A stretch of 64,000 nucleotides of DNA from Octopus sinensis (GCF_006345805.1 NC_043026.1:4030001-4094000); one strand, 5' to 3'. Counted from the stretch's first letter, positions 1 to 13,567 are shown. Notes: a model not told the origin generated them from the letters alone. Program-made: numbers and translations.

Positions 1-379
1 TCTATCTATCTATCTTACTATCTATCTAACTGTCTGTCTGTCTATCTATCTAACTGTCTGTCTGTCTAACTATCTATCTATATATCTTACTATCTATCTA
101 ACTGTCTGTCTATCTATCTAACTGTCTGTCTGCCTGTCTATCTATCTACCTATATATTTTACTATCTATCTAACTGTCTATCTATCTATCTAACTGTCTG
201 TCTGTCTATCTATCTATCTTTATATATATCTTACTATCTATCTAACTGTCTGTCTGTCTATCTATCTATCTATATATATATATCTTACTATCTATCTATC
301 TTACTATCTATCTAACTGTCTGTCTATCTATCTATCTAACTATCTGTCTGTCTGTCTATCTATCTATCTATATATCTTA

Positions 380-414
<35 letters not shown>

Positions 415-430
415 ACTGTCTGTCTAGCTA
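1..430. repeat. Compound (TCTA)n/(TCTG)n microsatellite
   Basis: Direct reading: runs of tcta/tctg with recurring 'tatcttactatctatctaactgtc'. Confidence 0.95.
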
Positions 431-611
431 GCTTGCAATCTATTTCTTTATCTAGTTATCTAGATATCCATCGTTCTCTTAAACACAAAAGGCATTCTGC
501 AAACTTTTAATGCCTCTTTTCTCGAAGGTAGACGAACTTGCACAAACTCACAACAAACACGTGTGTGTGTGTGATGTGTGCATACGTGTACACGCACACA
601 CATATGCATAT

Positions 612-669
<58 letters not shown>

Positions 670-889
670 TCACACACACACACACACACGTACATCCATA
701 CGTACAAATATATATATATACATATATGCATATCTGTATGTATGTACATCTATAGCTACATACAAATATATGCACATATACATACATGTATGCGTAAGAA
801 AATTGAGATTAACAAACCTCTTTGTGCACACACAAACATATATATATATGTAATATATATACATATATATACATACATACATATATATG

Positions 890-1030
890 TGTGTGTGTGT
901 AATATATATACATATATACATACATATATATTTACATTACATATATACAAGTACCTATACACGAACATGTACAAATATATATATATATATATGCAAATGT
1001 ATATATGTATATATTATATATGTATACATT

Positions 1031-1065
<35 letters not shown>

Positions 1066-1824
1066 ACATGTTCGTATATAGGTACTTGTATATATACATA
1101 CATACATATATATGTGTGTGTGTGTAATATATATACATATATACATACATATATACAAGTACCTATATACGAACATGTACAATATATACATAGATATGCA
1201 AATGTATATATATACATTTGCATATAATATATAATATATATATATATTTGTACATGTTCGTATATAGGTACTTGTATATATACATACATACATATATATG
1301 TGTGTGTGTGTGTGTGTAATATATATTACATATATATTTACATTACATATATACAAGTACCTATATACGAACATGTACAAATATATATATATATATATAT
1401 ATATTTGTACATGTTCGTATATAGGTACTTGTTATATATACATAATATATATATGTGTGGTGTGTGTGTGTGTGAGTGTGTGTGTAATATATATACATAT
1501 ATACATACATATATATTTACATTACATATATACAAGTACCTATATACAAACATGTACAAATATATATATGCAAATGTATATATGTGTATATATTATATAT
1601 GTATACATTTGCATATATATATATATATTTGTACATGTTCGTATATAGGTACTTGTATATATACATACATACATATATATGTGTGTGTAATATATATACA
1701 TATATACATACATATATATTTACATTACATACATACAAGTACCTATATACGAACATGTACAGATATAATATATATATATATATGCAAATGTATATATGTA
1801 TATATTATATATGTATACATTTGC

Positions 1825-1866
<42 letters not shown>

Positions 1867-1906
1867 ACATGTTCGTATATAGGTACTTGTATATATACAT
1901 ACATAC

Positions 1907-1948
<42 letters not shown>

Positions 1949-2480
1949 CATATATACACACATATATATTTACATTACATATATACAAGTACCTATATAC
2001 GAACATGTACAAATATATATATATATGCAAATGTATATATGTATACATTTGCATATATATATATATATTTGTACATCTTCGTATATAGGTACTTGTATAT
2101 ATACATACATACATATATATGCGAGTGTGTGTGTGTGTAATATATATATATATATACATACATATATATTTACATTACATATATACAAGTACCTATATAC
2201 GAACATGTACAGATATATAAATATATATATGCAAATGTATATATGTATATATTATATATGTATACATTTGCATGTATATATATATATTTGTACATGTTCG
2301 TATATAGGTACTTGTATATATACATACATACATATATATGTGTGTGTGTGTGTAATATATATACATATATACATACATATATATTTACATTACATATATA
2401 CAAGTACCTATATACGAACATGTACATATATATACATATATATGCAAATGTATATATGTATATATTATATATGTATACCA
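890..2480. repeat. AT-rich palindromic minisatellite, ~8 units of ~200 bp
   Basis: 'caagtacctatatacgaacatgtacaaa' recurs near 948, 1156, 1354, 1533, 1736, 1985, 2185 and 2401; most are followed by its reverse complement. Confidence 0.9.
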
Positions 2481-2895
2481 ATATAACCCTGTAGGCGGTC
2501 GTTTGATCAGCAACGAATAGAAATAACAGCCAAATCTTCCTCAGATCACAAAACGGATCATGCTATATCTACCACAAAACAAAAAAAGGTAACGGACACA
2601 TTGGATGTTGCAGTCATGAATAGACCTAAAAAGACATGATGTCCAGGTGTGGAATGTCGTTTGATCGCAAGCCCCCTTGACAAAGATTCACCTGTGGCTA
2701 TAATAGCGACGTATTTTTGTAGACGATCACAGACACACACACACAAACGAACGATAGTTACCTCTGATCGTATCCATGGTATCTCGTCAACATTGACAGA
2801 ACCCTTTAGTTATTTCCCCTTCGTTTGTTGCCATTTAATGTCGTTTGGTGGCGCTGCTTGTATCTATAAATATATTTAGATGTGTCTATATATAT

Positions 2896-2933
<38 letters not shown>

Positions 2934-2967
2934 TATGCACACACGCACTTAGTATTTTAGAAGCTTA

Positions 2968-3018
2968 TGTATATCTATCTATCTATCTATCTCTATGTCT
3001 GTCTGTCTATCTGTCTGT

Positions 3019-3059
<41 letters not shown>

Positions 3060-3060
3060 A

Positions 3061-3096
<36 letters not shown>

Positions 3097-3115
3097 CTAG
3101 CTATCTATCTATCTG

Positions 3116-3162
<47 letters not shown>

Positions 3163-3322
3163 CTATCTATCTATCTATCTATCTATCTCTATCTATCTAT
3201 CTATCTGTCTATCTATCTATCTATATCTATCTATCTATATATCTATCTATCTCTATCTATCTATCTATCTTCTATCTATTTATCTATCTATCTATCTACC
3301 TATCTATCTATCTATCTATCTG

Positions 3323-3393
<71 letters not shown>

Positions 3394-3420
3394 GTCTGTC
3401 TATCTATCTATCTATCTATC
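2968..3420. repeat. (TCTA)n microsatellite
   Basis: Direct reading. Confidence 0.95.
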
Positions 3421-4830
3421 GTCCGTCATCTACTACCGCCTGACCGTCGTACCTTGTCCCGACCCTACCATCACCAAACTACAACGCATCCTCTTTCGCT
3501 TCTTGTGGAAAGGATGCGTCCCGATGGTCAGGCGATCCATTTGCTGTCAACACCCGTTAAAAGGAGGGCTGGGCATGCCGTGGTTGATGATGCGCAGACA
3601 CGCGCTGAGACTGCGACATCTCTGGCTCTATGTAGACGACGGTGAACAGGTGTGGTCGCCGTTGTGAGGCACGCTTTCCCGCAGCTCGTCTCCATGACCG
3701 AACTGCAGTCATGGATCAAAAAGAGGCCGAGGAAGGGCGAATGGCACCGCGAGTGTCGCGTTGCTCTCAAGCAACTCTGCCGTCCTGGGTCGACCTTAAG
3801 TGACTTCAACACAACCAAAGCATTCTATAGGGGTTTAGTGGAGGGGAGGTACGACGACGAGCTCGGGGCGAACCTGGACGTCGACGAGGAGTACCTGACC
3901 CGCCTGTTCGGACGACTTTCGGGCCAGGGCCCATGGACAACTTCCAGAGATCCCTGGCCTGGCAGTGCTACGAGAAGCGCTACCCGTTCGGGATAAGCTC
4001 TACAGACACGGCTCGAGAAATACGGGGCCGACCTGCCCGAGATGCGGTCAGAATGACGAAACCGTTCTGCACGCACTCGTTCAGTGTCCAACAATTTCCG
4101 ACCTGTGGGCTTATGTCGAACAACTGCTGTCACGTGTGGGACGAGTCGGTTTATCAGCTGAGTCTATCGTCAATATTGTCACGCCTCCTTCCTTCAAACG
4201 GGAAGGAAGAGCTATTTTCATCATCCTTGTGGCTATGGCGAAAGAATGTATCTGGTGGACGCGTCTGAAAGGATTGGAGACAAACACTTTCCTCTCTGGT
4301 CAATCTCTCATCAACTTCTTCAAGTACCACTTGAAAAGGAAAGTGAGAGTAGAGAGGCAAGTTTTGTCTAGCGAATGTTTTAAAAAAAGATGGGTGAATG
4401 TAGCAAGAATGGCACGTATGAATGACGAAGCCACCTTGATCATAGTCCTATGAACCAGAAATCGAAAACAGAGAGTTGCTTATTGCAAAAAAAAAAAAAA
4501 AAAAAAGAAATATAAAATGTGACTTCATTGACCGAGGTTACCGTGGTCTTTTCCGTAGGCTTTTCTTTCCACGGGTAAACCTCACCTGTCCTCCCCTTTA
4601 CACTTCATATTGACATTTCTGTGATAATGATCCCTATTGATCAATTTTTTTTTCCTCTCCCCCTTTTTTTTTTAACCCCCCTTTTTTTGTCCTCTTTCTC
4701 TCCTTTTACGATTCCTTTTGATCGAAACTCCCCCTTCCTTTTTTTTTTTTTTTTAAACCTTCAAAAGAAAAGCTCTACCTTGTAATTTGTTCTATCTGTG
4801 TGCAGCCCTGTGTGGCTAATAAAGAAACAT
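3421..4830 (+). mobile_element. 5'-truncated Tx1/L1-clade LINE: decayed ORF2 C-terminus with zf-RVT, plus 3' UTR
   Basis: ORFs 3652-3996, 3933-4268 and 3965-4453 join by frameshift into FQRSLAWQCY..ALPVRDKL...CPRCGQNDETVLHALVQCP, the CCHC zinc-binding region that follows RT in L1/Tx1 elements. Stop at 4453, AATAAA at 4818-4823. Confidence 0.85.
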
Positions 4831-4872
4831 ATCTATCTATCTATCTATCATCTATCTATCTATCTATCTATC

Positions 4873-4909
<37 letters not shown>

Positions 4910-5040
4910 CCTACCTATCTATCTGTCTATCTATCTATCTATCTATATCTATCTATCTATCTATCTATCTCTATCTATCTATATATATACACACACACAT
5001 ATATATACACACACACACACACACATATATATACATATAT
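4831..5040. repeat. (TCTA)n then (CA)n/(TA)n microsatellite
   Basis: Direct reading. Confidence 0.95.
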
Positions 5041-5134
5041 AGGTGTATGTATGAACGCATGTATGCATGTGTGTGTGTGTGCACAACAAAAAAATATAAT
5101 ATATACATATTCTTTTATTCTTTTATTCTTTTAT

Positions 5135-5530
5135 TCTTTTACTTGTTCCACTCATTTGACTGCGGCCATGCTGGAGCACCACCTTAAAGGGTTTTTTCTT
5201 TTAGTCAAAGAAATTGCCCCCAGGACTTATTCTTTGTAAACCTAATATTTATTTTCTCGTTTTCTTTTGCAAAACCACTAAGTAACAGGGACATAAACAT
5301 ACCAACATCGGTTGTCAAGCGATGATGGGAGGACACAAAGACACACACACACATATATATATATATAATATATATATATATACCATGGGCTTCTTTCAGT
5401 TTCCATTTTCCATTCCACTCACAAGGGTTTGGCTGGCCCAAAAATATAGTAGAACACACTTGCCTAAGATGCCACGCAGTGGAACTGAACCTGGAACCAT
5501 GTGGTTGGGAAGCAAGCTTCTTACCACATC
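5135..5530 (-). mobile_element. tRNA-derived SINE family A
   Basis: Reverse complement of the element at 19553-19960 (same head, internal microsatellite and tail). Confidence 0.85.
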
Positions 5531-5574
5531 TTTTTATTCAAAATATGAACAGGAATATCTTTTACAAAACAAGA

Positions 5575-5810
5575 ACAAGTGGCTGTGTGGTAAGTAGCTT
5601 GCCTACGATAACATGGTTCCGGGGTTCAGTCCCACTGCGTGACACCTTGGGCAAGTGTCTTCTACTATAGCCTTGGGCTGACCAAACCCTTGTGCCTGGA
5701 TTTGGTAGACGGAAACTGAAAGAAGCTTGTCGTATGTATGTACATGTGTGTGTGTCTGTGTCTGTCCCCCCCCCCCAACATTGCTTGACATCCGATGGTG
5801 GTGTGTTTAC
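5575..5810 (+). mobile_element. SINE family A, partial
   Basis: A box tggctgtgtggtaa, B box ggttcagtccc, body cttgggcaagtgtcttctactatagcc. Confidence 0.8.
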
Positions 5811-6673
5811 GGCAGTAATTTTATTCAGCTGATTGGTTGAAATTACCGAAATACGACAACTTCAACAAAAAATAACTTCCAAAATACAGGATTTTCTCCA
5901 CAATGCCAAGAGTAAAAGATGTTTTATGTGACACATTCTACCAGTATACGAAGTGTGAAAGTGTTTAGTTACAAAAATTTATTTTTTAAATCTGTCGGTC
6001 AAAAGATCCGGATATTGAAGAGCTGTGAGCCCTTGCAAAAACCTAAGCTGTTGCAGCGTCTTGTCTTGTATCTTGATGGCGATATTGAGATCTTTGGCTT
6101 AATGCTGTGATAGCCCCGTTCTTTGGAAAAATGTAACTTACAACTGTCTACTTGGTATCATCTTGCTACTTGGTATCAACTGTGGTAAGTCCTGCGTACT
6201 CTGAAGTACAGGACTCAGAATTGATCTTTTCTGTTAGGTTGCCACTTTTCAATTTCCTCGATTTTTGTTCCAATAGCCTTCATTCATATTTGGTGTATTG
6301 ATGTAGTTTTGTATGGTAATCATTGACATGAATGAAATTCATATTTTCAATAAATCAATAAATGAACAGTTAACAGCTTTTAAAGTTTGCTATTTGGGTA
6401 ATTTTAGCCAGTTGAAAGCTACAGACAAATAGTTGCCTGTTTCCATAGTAACAAACCAAGCTGCTTACCCATGTGGTCATTTCATCAGAATCCATCGAGT
6501 GGTCCTTGAGATATCTTGTCCACGGTCAAACAAACAAGCAAACAAACACAACTGAAAACAATACCCCTGCCTTTGCTAAATCAGAGGTAATAAGATACAA
6601 AACCAGGTTTTTAGTTTAATAATTCTTTTATTAAATCTTAGAGCGAGTTATAAACAGTAGCTGCAACACATCA

Positions 6674-6887
6674 TGACGTATATTTGCAATTTAAATATGG
6701 CTAAACCCTAAGGGTGGATGCTACTGTAATTTGTAGCCCCAGGAGGACGCCTCCTCCATCTGGCTATAGACACACTTTTTGTGCCCTATCAGTATTTGCA
6801 AAGGGAGCTTCCCTTTGCAAAGGGCCTCAAACTACAGTAGCATCCACCCTTAGGGGTTAGCCATATTTAAATGGCAAATATACGTCA
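6674..6887. mobile_element. Small MITE with ~55-bp terminal inverted repeats
   Basis: tgacgtatatttgcaatttaaatatggctaaaccctaagggtggatgctactgta pairs with tacagtagcatccacccttaggggttagccatatttaaatggcaaatatacgtca. Confidence 0.75.
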
Positions 6888-7313
6888 CAATTTTTTTATT
6901 ACCGAATTTGTAATATAGCAGTCATTTTATATTCTTGAGATACACTCGGGCAATAATTATTTTCTCTAATGAGTTTGTATATGTAGGTGTGTGTGATTGT
7001 AATAATTATCGTTAGCTAAACAGATAGAATATGGATGGCAGATCAAATTAATACACTTGTCAGTGTTATCTAGTGGTTGTATTTAGGGATGTGGCACTGA
7101 TCAACGTTTGTTGCTGAGAGAATGCTGGTTCACACATATAAAAGTTCACATATGTCCCTTGTACAAAAATACAAATATACTCACACAGGGTTGAAACGCT
7201 GTTTAATTTCTCTTTTTAGCGTTGAATGTTCACCATCCCATTTCCATTGCACACACACAAACATTCACATACCTCCCTTTTACATACACACGCATATACC
7301 CATAGAGTTGAAA

Positions 7314-7848
7314 TCGGATCTCTTCGGTTTGAACGTCAGTTTTTTCTAGCGGTGTCATATGGAATTGTCACCCATAATTATGACCCTAGTATCGATCTAT
7401 TGCATTTCACTCTATTTTAGGGTTAGGGATGGGGGGAAGGGTATCTTTTTTTCTTCACGAATGTAAATAGACCCAATCTGTTTCTTAAACGAGGGACATA
7501 TTCATACGGCACAGAATGTTTTCATCTCAATAGACGTCAGTGATTGGTTGAAATTGCAGAAATTGAAGAAGAAAAAAACAACAAATATCTTACAAACTAT
7601 AGAATTTTCTCAATAAGGCCAAGAGAAAAAGATGTTTTAAAATGTGCCGTATGAATATGTCCCTCGTTTAAGAAACAGATTGGGTTTATTTACATTTCTG
7701 AAGAAAAAAGATACCCTTCCTTCCACCCCTAACCCTAACTCTAAAACAAATTGAAATGCAATAGATCGATACTAGGGTCATAATTACGGGTGACAATTTC
7801 ATATGACACCGCTAGAAAAAAACTGCCGTTCAAACCGAAAAGATCCGA
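7314..7848. mobile_element. Foldback/MITE element with ~200-bp inverted arms
   Basis: 7314-7513 is the reverse complement of ~7640-7848 (tcggatctcttcggtttgaacg...gggacatattcatacggcac). A related end lies at 5820-6010. Confidence 0.8.
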
Positions 7849-8248
7849 GCTGAGAGCTGTAGAAGCCGCAGTAGTGAAAGGGCGAAAAGAGAGAGCTTGT
7901 TACAGTATGCATCTGAACGTACCCTTAGAACCGGGAAAAGATGTATCGTGCCACATCGTGGACAAGGGTAGTGAACTCATTTTTTCGTCTAGAACCCGCC
8001 AGAAAGATACCAAGGGACACAACTCATCTCGCCAACCATCACTACCATAGCCTTGAGTTAACCAATATCCTTGTGAGGGAATCCGTTTTCCTCGTGCTTT
8101 CAGATTTTAACACAAGGCTAGCAATTTTCAGGAGAGGGGTTAGTTGATACCATCAACTCCAGCACACAATAGGCACTTTATTTTATTGAACCCCCACCAC
8201 CAAATGGATGATGAAAACCAAAGCTGACTTTGGTGAATTCTGAAGGAA

Positions 8249-8638
8249 TCTCTCTCTATATAAAGCTGGAGTTGTCTGTGTATGGCAGGTTTGGTAGCCT
8301 TCAACTAACACTATCTCCTCCGAGACCCTGCGGTGCAAGTTGACCAAAATTGAGAGTATGATAGAAGAAGGCTTGCTCTTCCTTCCGTAAAAGAAAAAAA
8401 TTCAAATCTGACCATGTTAACACCAAAAATTATTTACATCAAAAAGGTGCTTTTTTTCTATGAAAACCCCTATTTTTTACGATTTATTGACTGCTGTGTC
8501 GCCATTTTTCGGTGTATTTCAACCAGAAAAATATTCACTTAAAAAGAACAAGCTACATAAGGCAAAATTTTTACTTTTCAAAAATTCCAATTCTAAAGGG
8601 TCGAAACAAACCCGAGCAACGCCGGGCGATACTGCTAG
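8249..8638 (+). mobile_element. Non-autonomous Helitron
   Basis: Starts A|TC (8249); subterminal hairpin cccgagcaacgccggg (8611-8626); ends CTAG|T (8635-8638). Confidence 0.75.
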
Positions 8639-8703
8639 TTATCTATAAAGCTTGCTTTTGAACATCGAATGGCTATGGGCTTCCACCAGAATAAAATAGG
8701 GAA

Positions 8704-9191
8704 AGACTTCCGCCCGTCCCTACCCATTTTCTCCCAAATTTGTTTATTAAAAATTTTTTTTGTCAAAAATCCCCGTTTTGGGATACGGAGGTTCGGGAAA
8801 ATTACCAAAAATCGGCAGTTTTGACTTTTCCCCCCAACACTAACCCTTAAACCTTAAGTACAGAAATATTTTGAAATTTTTGTCCGAATCCTGATGTCCA
8901 TATTTTCCCCATATTTAGAAAAGAAAAAATTCTTTAAAAATAAAATTTTACAAAGATTTTTGGAAATTTTTTTCAGAATCATAATCTCCGTATTTTCCGC
9001 ATATTTTGAGGGGGAAAATTCTGAAAAAATTTTTAAATGCAGGAAATGGGGACGGGGTGGCATGGTAATTTAGAAATGTCGATTTTTGCCAATTTTTTTT
9101 TTGCAGATTCGTATTCCACGTCGCCGAAAATGGGGTTTCTATCGAAGAAAAAAAAAAGTTTAAAAAAAGGGTGGGGACGGGCGGAAGTCTT
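8704..9191. mobile_element. TIR element (MITE), unclassified
   Basis: aagacttccgcccgtccc at 8704 and gggacgggcggaagtctt ending at 9191. Confidence 0.65.
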
Positions 9192-9227
9192 GTCTGAAAT
9201 AGTAATAAAAGGGATCCATAGATAGGC

Positions 9228-9610
9228 ACAGGAATGGCTGTGTGGTAAGTAGCTTGTTTACCAACCACATGGTTCCGGGTTCAGTCCCATTGCGTGGTAC
9301 CTTGGGCAAGTGTCTTCTACTATAGCCTCGGGCCGACCAAAGCCTTGTGAGTGGATTTGGTAGACGGAAACTGAAAGAAGCCCGTAGTATATATGTATAT
9401 ATATATCTATGTGTGTGTATATGTTTGTGTGTCTGTGTTTGTCCCTTAACATCACTTGACAACCGATGGTGGCGTGTTTACGTCCTCGTAACTTAGCAGT
9501 TCAATAGAGTAAGTACTAGGCTTCCAAAGAATAAGTCCTGGGGTTGATTTGCTCGACTCGAGGCGGTGCTCCAGCATGGCCGCAGTCAAATTACTGAAGC
9601 AAGTTAAAGA
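9228..9610 (+). mobile_element. SINE family A
   Basis: Full head-body-tail matching the other copies. Confidence 0.85.
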
Positions 9611-10004
9611 GTACAAAGAGAGTCCTATTAGAAATAACAACCAAATACCATTTAGCTACATCCTACTCACTTAAGGGTGAAAAGATACACAAGGGCTAAG
9701 TTAAAGCTGCTACACCTTTGACCACAGGTCTACTTGATCAGGGCTGATCATGGAAGCTAAGCAAAGACATCTACTTAAATAATGATTTCAAATGTTGGCA
9801 CAACATGGGCTTCTTTCAATTTCCATTTTCCATTCCACTCACAAGGCTTTGGTCGGCCCGAGGCTATAGTAGAACACACTTGCCCAAGAGGCCACGCAGT
9901 GGGACTGAACCTGGAACCATGTGGTTGGGAAGCAAGCTTCTTACCACCCATCTTTTTATTCAAAATATGAACAGGAATATCTTTTACAAAACAAAAACAA
10001 GTGG

Positions 10005-12450
10005 CTGTGTGGTAAGTAGCTTGCCTACGAACCACATGGTTCCGGGGTTCAGTCCCACTGCGTCGCACTTTCGGCAAGTGTCTTCTACTATAGCCTCGGG
10101 CCGACCAAATCCTTGTGAGTGGATTTGGTAGATGGAAACTGAAAGAAGCCTGTCGTATATATGTACGTGTGTGTGTGTGTCTATTCCCCCCCTCCAATAT
10201 CGCTTGACAACCGATGCTGGTGTGTTTACGTCCCCGTCACTTAGCGGTTCGGCAAAAGAGAGACCGACAGAATAAGTACTTGGCTTACAAAGAATAAGTC
10301 CTGGTGTCGATTTGCTCGACTAAAAAAAGGCGGTGCTGCAGCATGGCCACAGTCAAATGACTGAAACAAGTAAAAGAGACCAATAGAATAAGTACTAGGC
10401 TTACAAAGAATAAGTCCTGGGGTCGATTTGCTCGACTAAAAAAAGGCGGTGCTGCAGCATGGCCACAGTCAAATGACTGAAACAAGTAAAAGAGACCAAT
10501 AGAATAAGTACTAGGCTTACAAAGAATAAGTCCTGGTGTCGATTTGCTCGACTAAAAAAAGGCGGTGCTGCAGCATGGCCACAGTCAAATGACTGAAACA
10601 AGTAAAAGAGACCAATAGAATAAGTACTAGGCTTACAAAGAATAAGTCCTGGGGTCGATTTGCTCGACTAAAAAAAGGCGGTGCTGCAGCATGGCCGCAG
10701 TCAAATGACTGAAACAAGTAAAAGAGACCGATAGAATAAGTACTGGGCTAACAAAAGAATAAGTCCGGGGGTCGATTTGCTCGACTAAAAAAAGGCGGTG
10801 CTGCAGCATGGCCGCAGTCAAAATGACTGAAACAAGTAAAAGAGACCGATAGAATAAGTACTAGGCTTACAAAAGAATAAGTCCTGGGGTCGATTTGCTC
10901 GACTAAAAAAAGGCGGTGCTGCAGCATGGTCACAGTCAAATGACTGAAACAAATAAAAGAGACCAATAGAATAAGTACTAGGCTTACAAAGAATAAGTCC
11001 TGGGGTCGATTTGCTCGACTAAAAAAAGGCGGTGCTGCAGCATGGCCACAGTCAAATGACTGAAACAAGTAAAAGAGACCGATAAAATAAGTACTAGGCT
11101 TACAAAGAATAAGTCCTGGGGTCGATTTGCTCGACTAAAAGGCGGTGCTCCAGCATGGCCACAGTCAAATGACTGAAACAAATAAAAGAGACCGATAGAA
11201 TAAGTACTAGGCTTACAAAGAATAAGTCCTGGGGTCGATTTGCTCGACTAAAAAGGCGGTGCTGCAGCATGGTCACAGTCAAATGACTGAAACAAATAAA
11301 AGAGACCAATAGAATAAGTACTAGGCTTACAAAGAATAAGTCCTGGGGTCGATTGCTCGACTAAAAAAAGGGGGTGCTGCAGCATGGCCGCAGTCAAAAT
11401 GACTGAAACAAGTAAAAGAGACCGATAGAATAAGTACTAGGCTTACAAAGAATAAGTCCTGGGGTCGATTTGCTCGACTAAAAAAAGGCGGTGCTGCAGC
11501 ATGGCCGCAGTCAAATGACTGAAACAAGTAAAAGAGACCGATAGAATAAGTACTAGGCTTACAAAGAATAAGTCCTGGGGTCGATTTGCTCGACTAAAAA
11601 AAGGCGGTGCTGCAGCATGGCCACAGTCAAATGACTGAAACAAGTAAAAGAGACCGATAGAATAAGTACTAGGCTTACAAAGAATAAGTCCTGGGGTCGA
11701 TTTGCTCGACTAAAAAGGCGGTGCTCCAGCATGGCCACAGTCAAATGACTGAAACAAATAAAAGAGACCGATAGAATAAGTACTAGGCTTACAAAGAATA
11801 AGTCCTGGGGTCGATTTGCTCGACTAAAAAGGCGGTGCTCCAGCATGGTCACAGTCAAATGACTGAAACAAATAAAAGAGACCAATAGAATAAGTACTAG
11901 GCTTACAAAGAATAAGTCCTGGGGTCGATTTGCTCGACTAAAAAAAGGCGGTGCTGCAGCATGGCCACAGTCAAATGACTGAAACAAGTAAAAGAGACCG
12001 ATAGAATAAGTACTAGGCTTACAAAGAATAAGTCCTGGGGTTGATTTGCTCGACTAAAAAGGCGGTGCTCCAGCATGGCCACAGTCAAATGACTGAAACA
12101 AGTAAAAGAGACCGATAGAATAAGTACTAGGCTTACAAAGAATAAGTCCTGGGGTCGATTTGCTCGACTAAAAAAAGGCGGTGCTGCAGCATGGCCACAG
12201 TCAAATGACTGAAACAAGTAAAAGAGACCGATAGAATAAGTACTAGGCTTACAAAGAATAAGTCCTGGGGTCGATTTGCTTGACTAAAGGCGGTGCTCCA
12301 GCATGGCCACAGTCAAATGACTGAAACAAGTAAAAGAGACCGATAGAATAAGTACTAGGCTCACAAAGAATAAGTCCTGGGGTCGATTTGCTCGACTAAA
12401 GGCGGTGCTCCAGCATGGCCACAGTCAAATGACTGAAACAAGTAAAAGAG
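10005..12450 (+). repeat. SINE A whose 3' ~116 bp is amplified into a 19-unit tandem array (10255-12450)
   Basis: SINE A head at 10005; 'gactgaaac' occurs 19 times at 111-119 bp spacing. Confidence 0.92.
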
Positions 12451-13567
12451 TAAAGAGTATTCGCCTTATCGAGGTTACTTCCCTTTACCTATTGCAGTTT
12501 AATAAAAATAAGTGCAACACCAATTATGCTACTAATTACGATGTAATTGACTTGCAGCAATGTTACAGCACGACCATTGTTCAAAGATTGAAATTAGGAA
12601 TAAAATGCCAAGAAAAATAGACTTCACGCTCGAGTTTTCACTACAGTGCCTTATCGCCGTTCTAATTACCACCTTGCTCCATTGCTCTAAACTCCCTCCC
12701 TCTCGCTTATGTATATAAATAGTTCCTTCAATAATTACCCTCGCTCTAACTTTCTTTCTCTTACTCTTTTTCCTTTGCTTTTCAATCTTACTCTTTCTAT
12801 TCGCTCGCGTAGGTTTATTTGTTGATTAAAAATGAACTAAAAATTATTTTTCTTGCTTTATAAAAACTAATAAATTGAGTCATAATAGTTTGTTTAAATT
12901 AATAAAACGGGATCAATTTATATTAAATTTTAATTAGCAACGAAATAACAAACTAACGGTTCGTTAACAGAAAAAGTAGTCCTGTCTCTCCCCGACACAT
13001 CACCTCTCAATAACGTTGTTTTCTAATTGGCGGGAATATTTTTGGTCGAGCAATTAAAAACTAAATTTCATTGAAAATTATATGATTTTTAAAAGATATA
13101 AATCATATGTATTTTTAAAAAGATATAAATCTAAATATTTGGATAGTTTAAACGTTTTAAGCGGTACAACATTAAGATAAGATTATGTCAGATACTTTAG
13201 GGGTTTTCGGGAACATGGTAAATTTTTTTTGAAGTTTGCTGAAAGTTTCCTGTCATGATTTACTATAACTTGCCCTGGCCAGCTATTCAATGTTTGTATT
13301 GGAATGTCAAGCCTAGTCTTGCCCTGTAGTTTATTTTGATCTCAAATAGCAGACAAGATATATATTCTTCAAGACTTTGTTTTTTATTCTGGTTTCTCTT
13401 AAGAACTTTGTTTCGTGTGACTACTAAATGCTAACAGCATAGTAACTTGGTCTGAGATAATTATTTCCTCCCTTACCACAACAAAAACAATTATTGAATA
13501 ATATACAGAATTAAATAAATAAAAGTGGAATATTTGGTTATTTTTCAGCCTTTAATGAACACATTTT

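Noticed and set aside
507-3645. Many Y/I/H/T/C-rich ORFs up to 262 aa
   Set aside because: Translation of TA/TG/TCTA microsatellites, which lack stops in some frames.
6110-6310. Possible coding exon on the minus strand
   Set aside because: All frames are short, with no recognisable protein or consistent splice sites.
10255-12450. CRISPR-like regular array (also 36205-36700 and 61752-62433)
   Set aside because: No unique spacers, no cas genes, eukaryotic context; the units are pieces of SINE/LINE sequence.
13250-13460. Possible snoRNA (ctga near 13452, unique structured-looking sequence)
   Set aside because: No convincing box C or H/ACA arrangement or terminal stem could be read.
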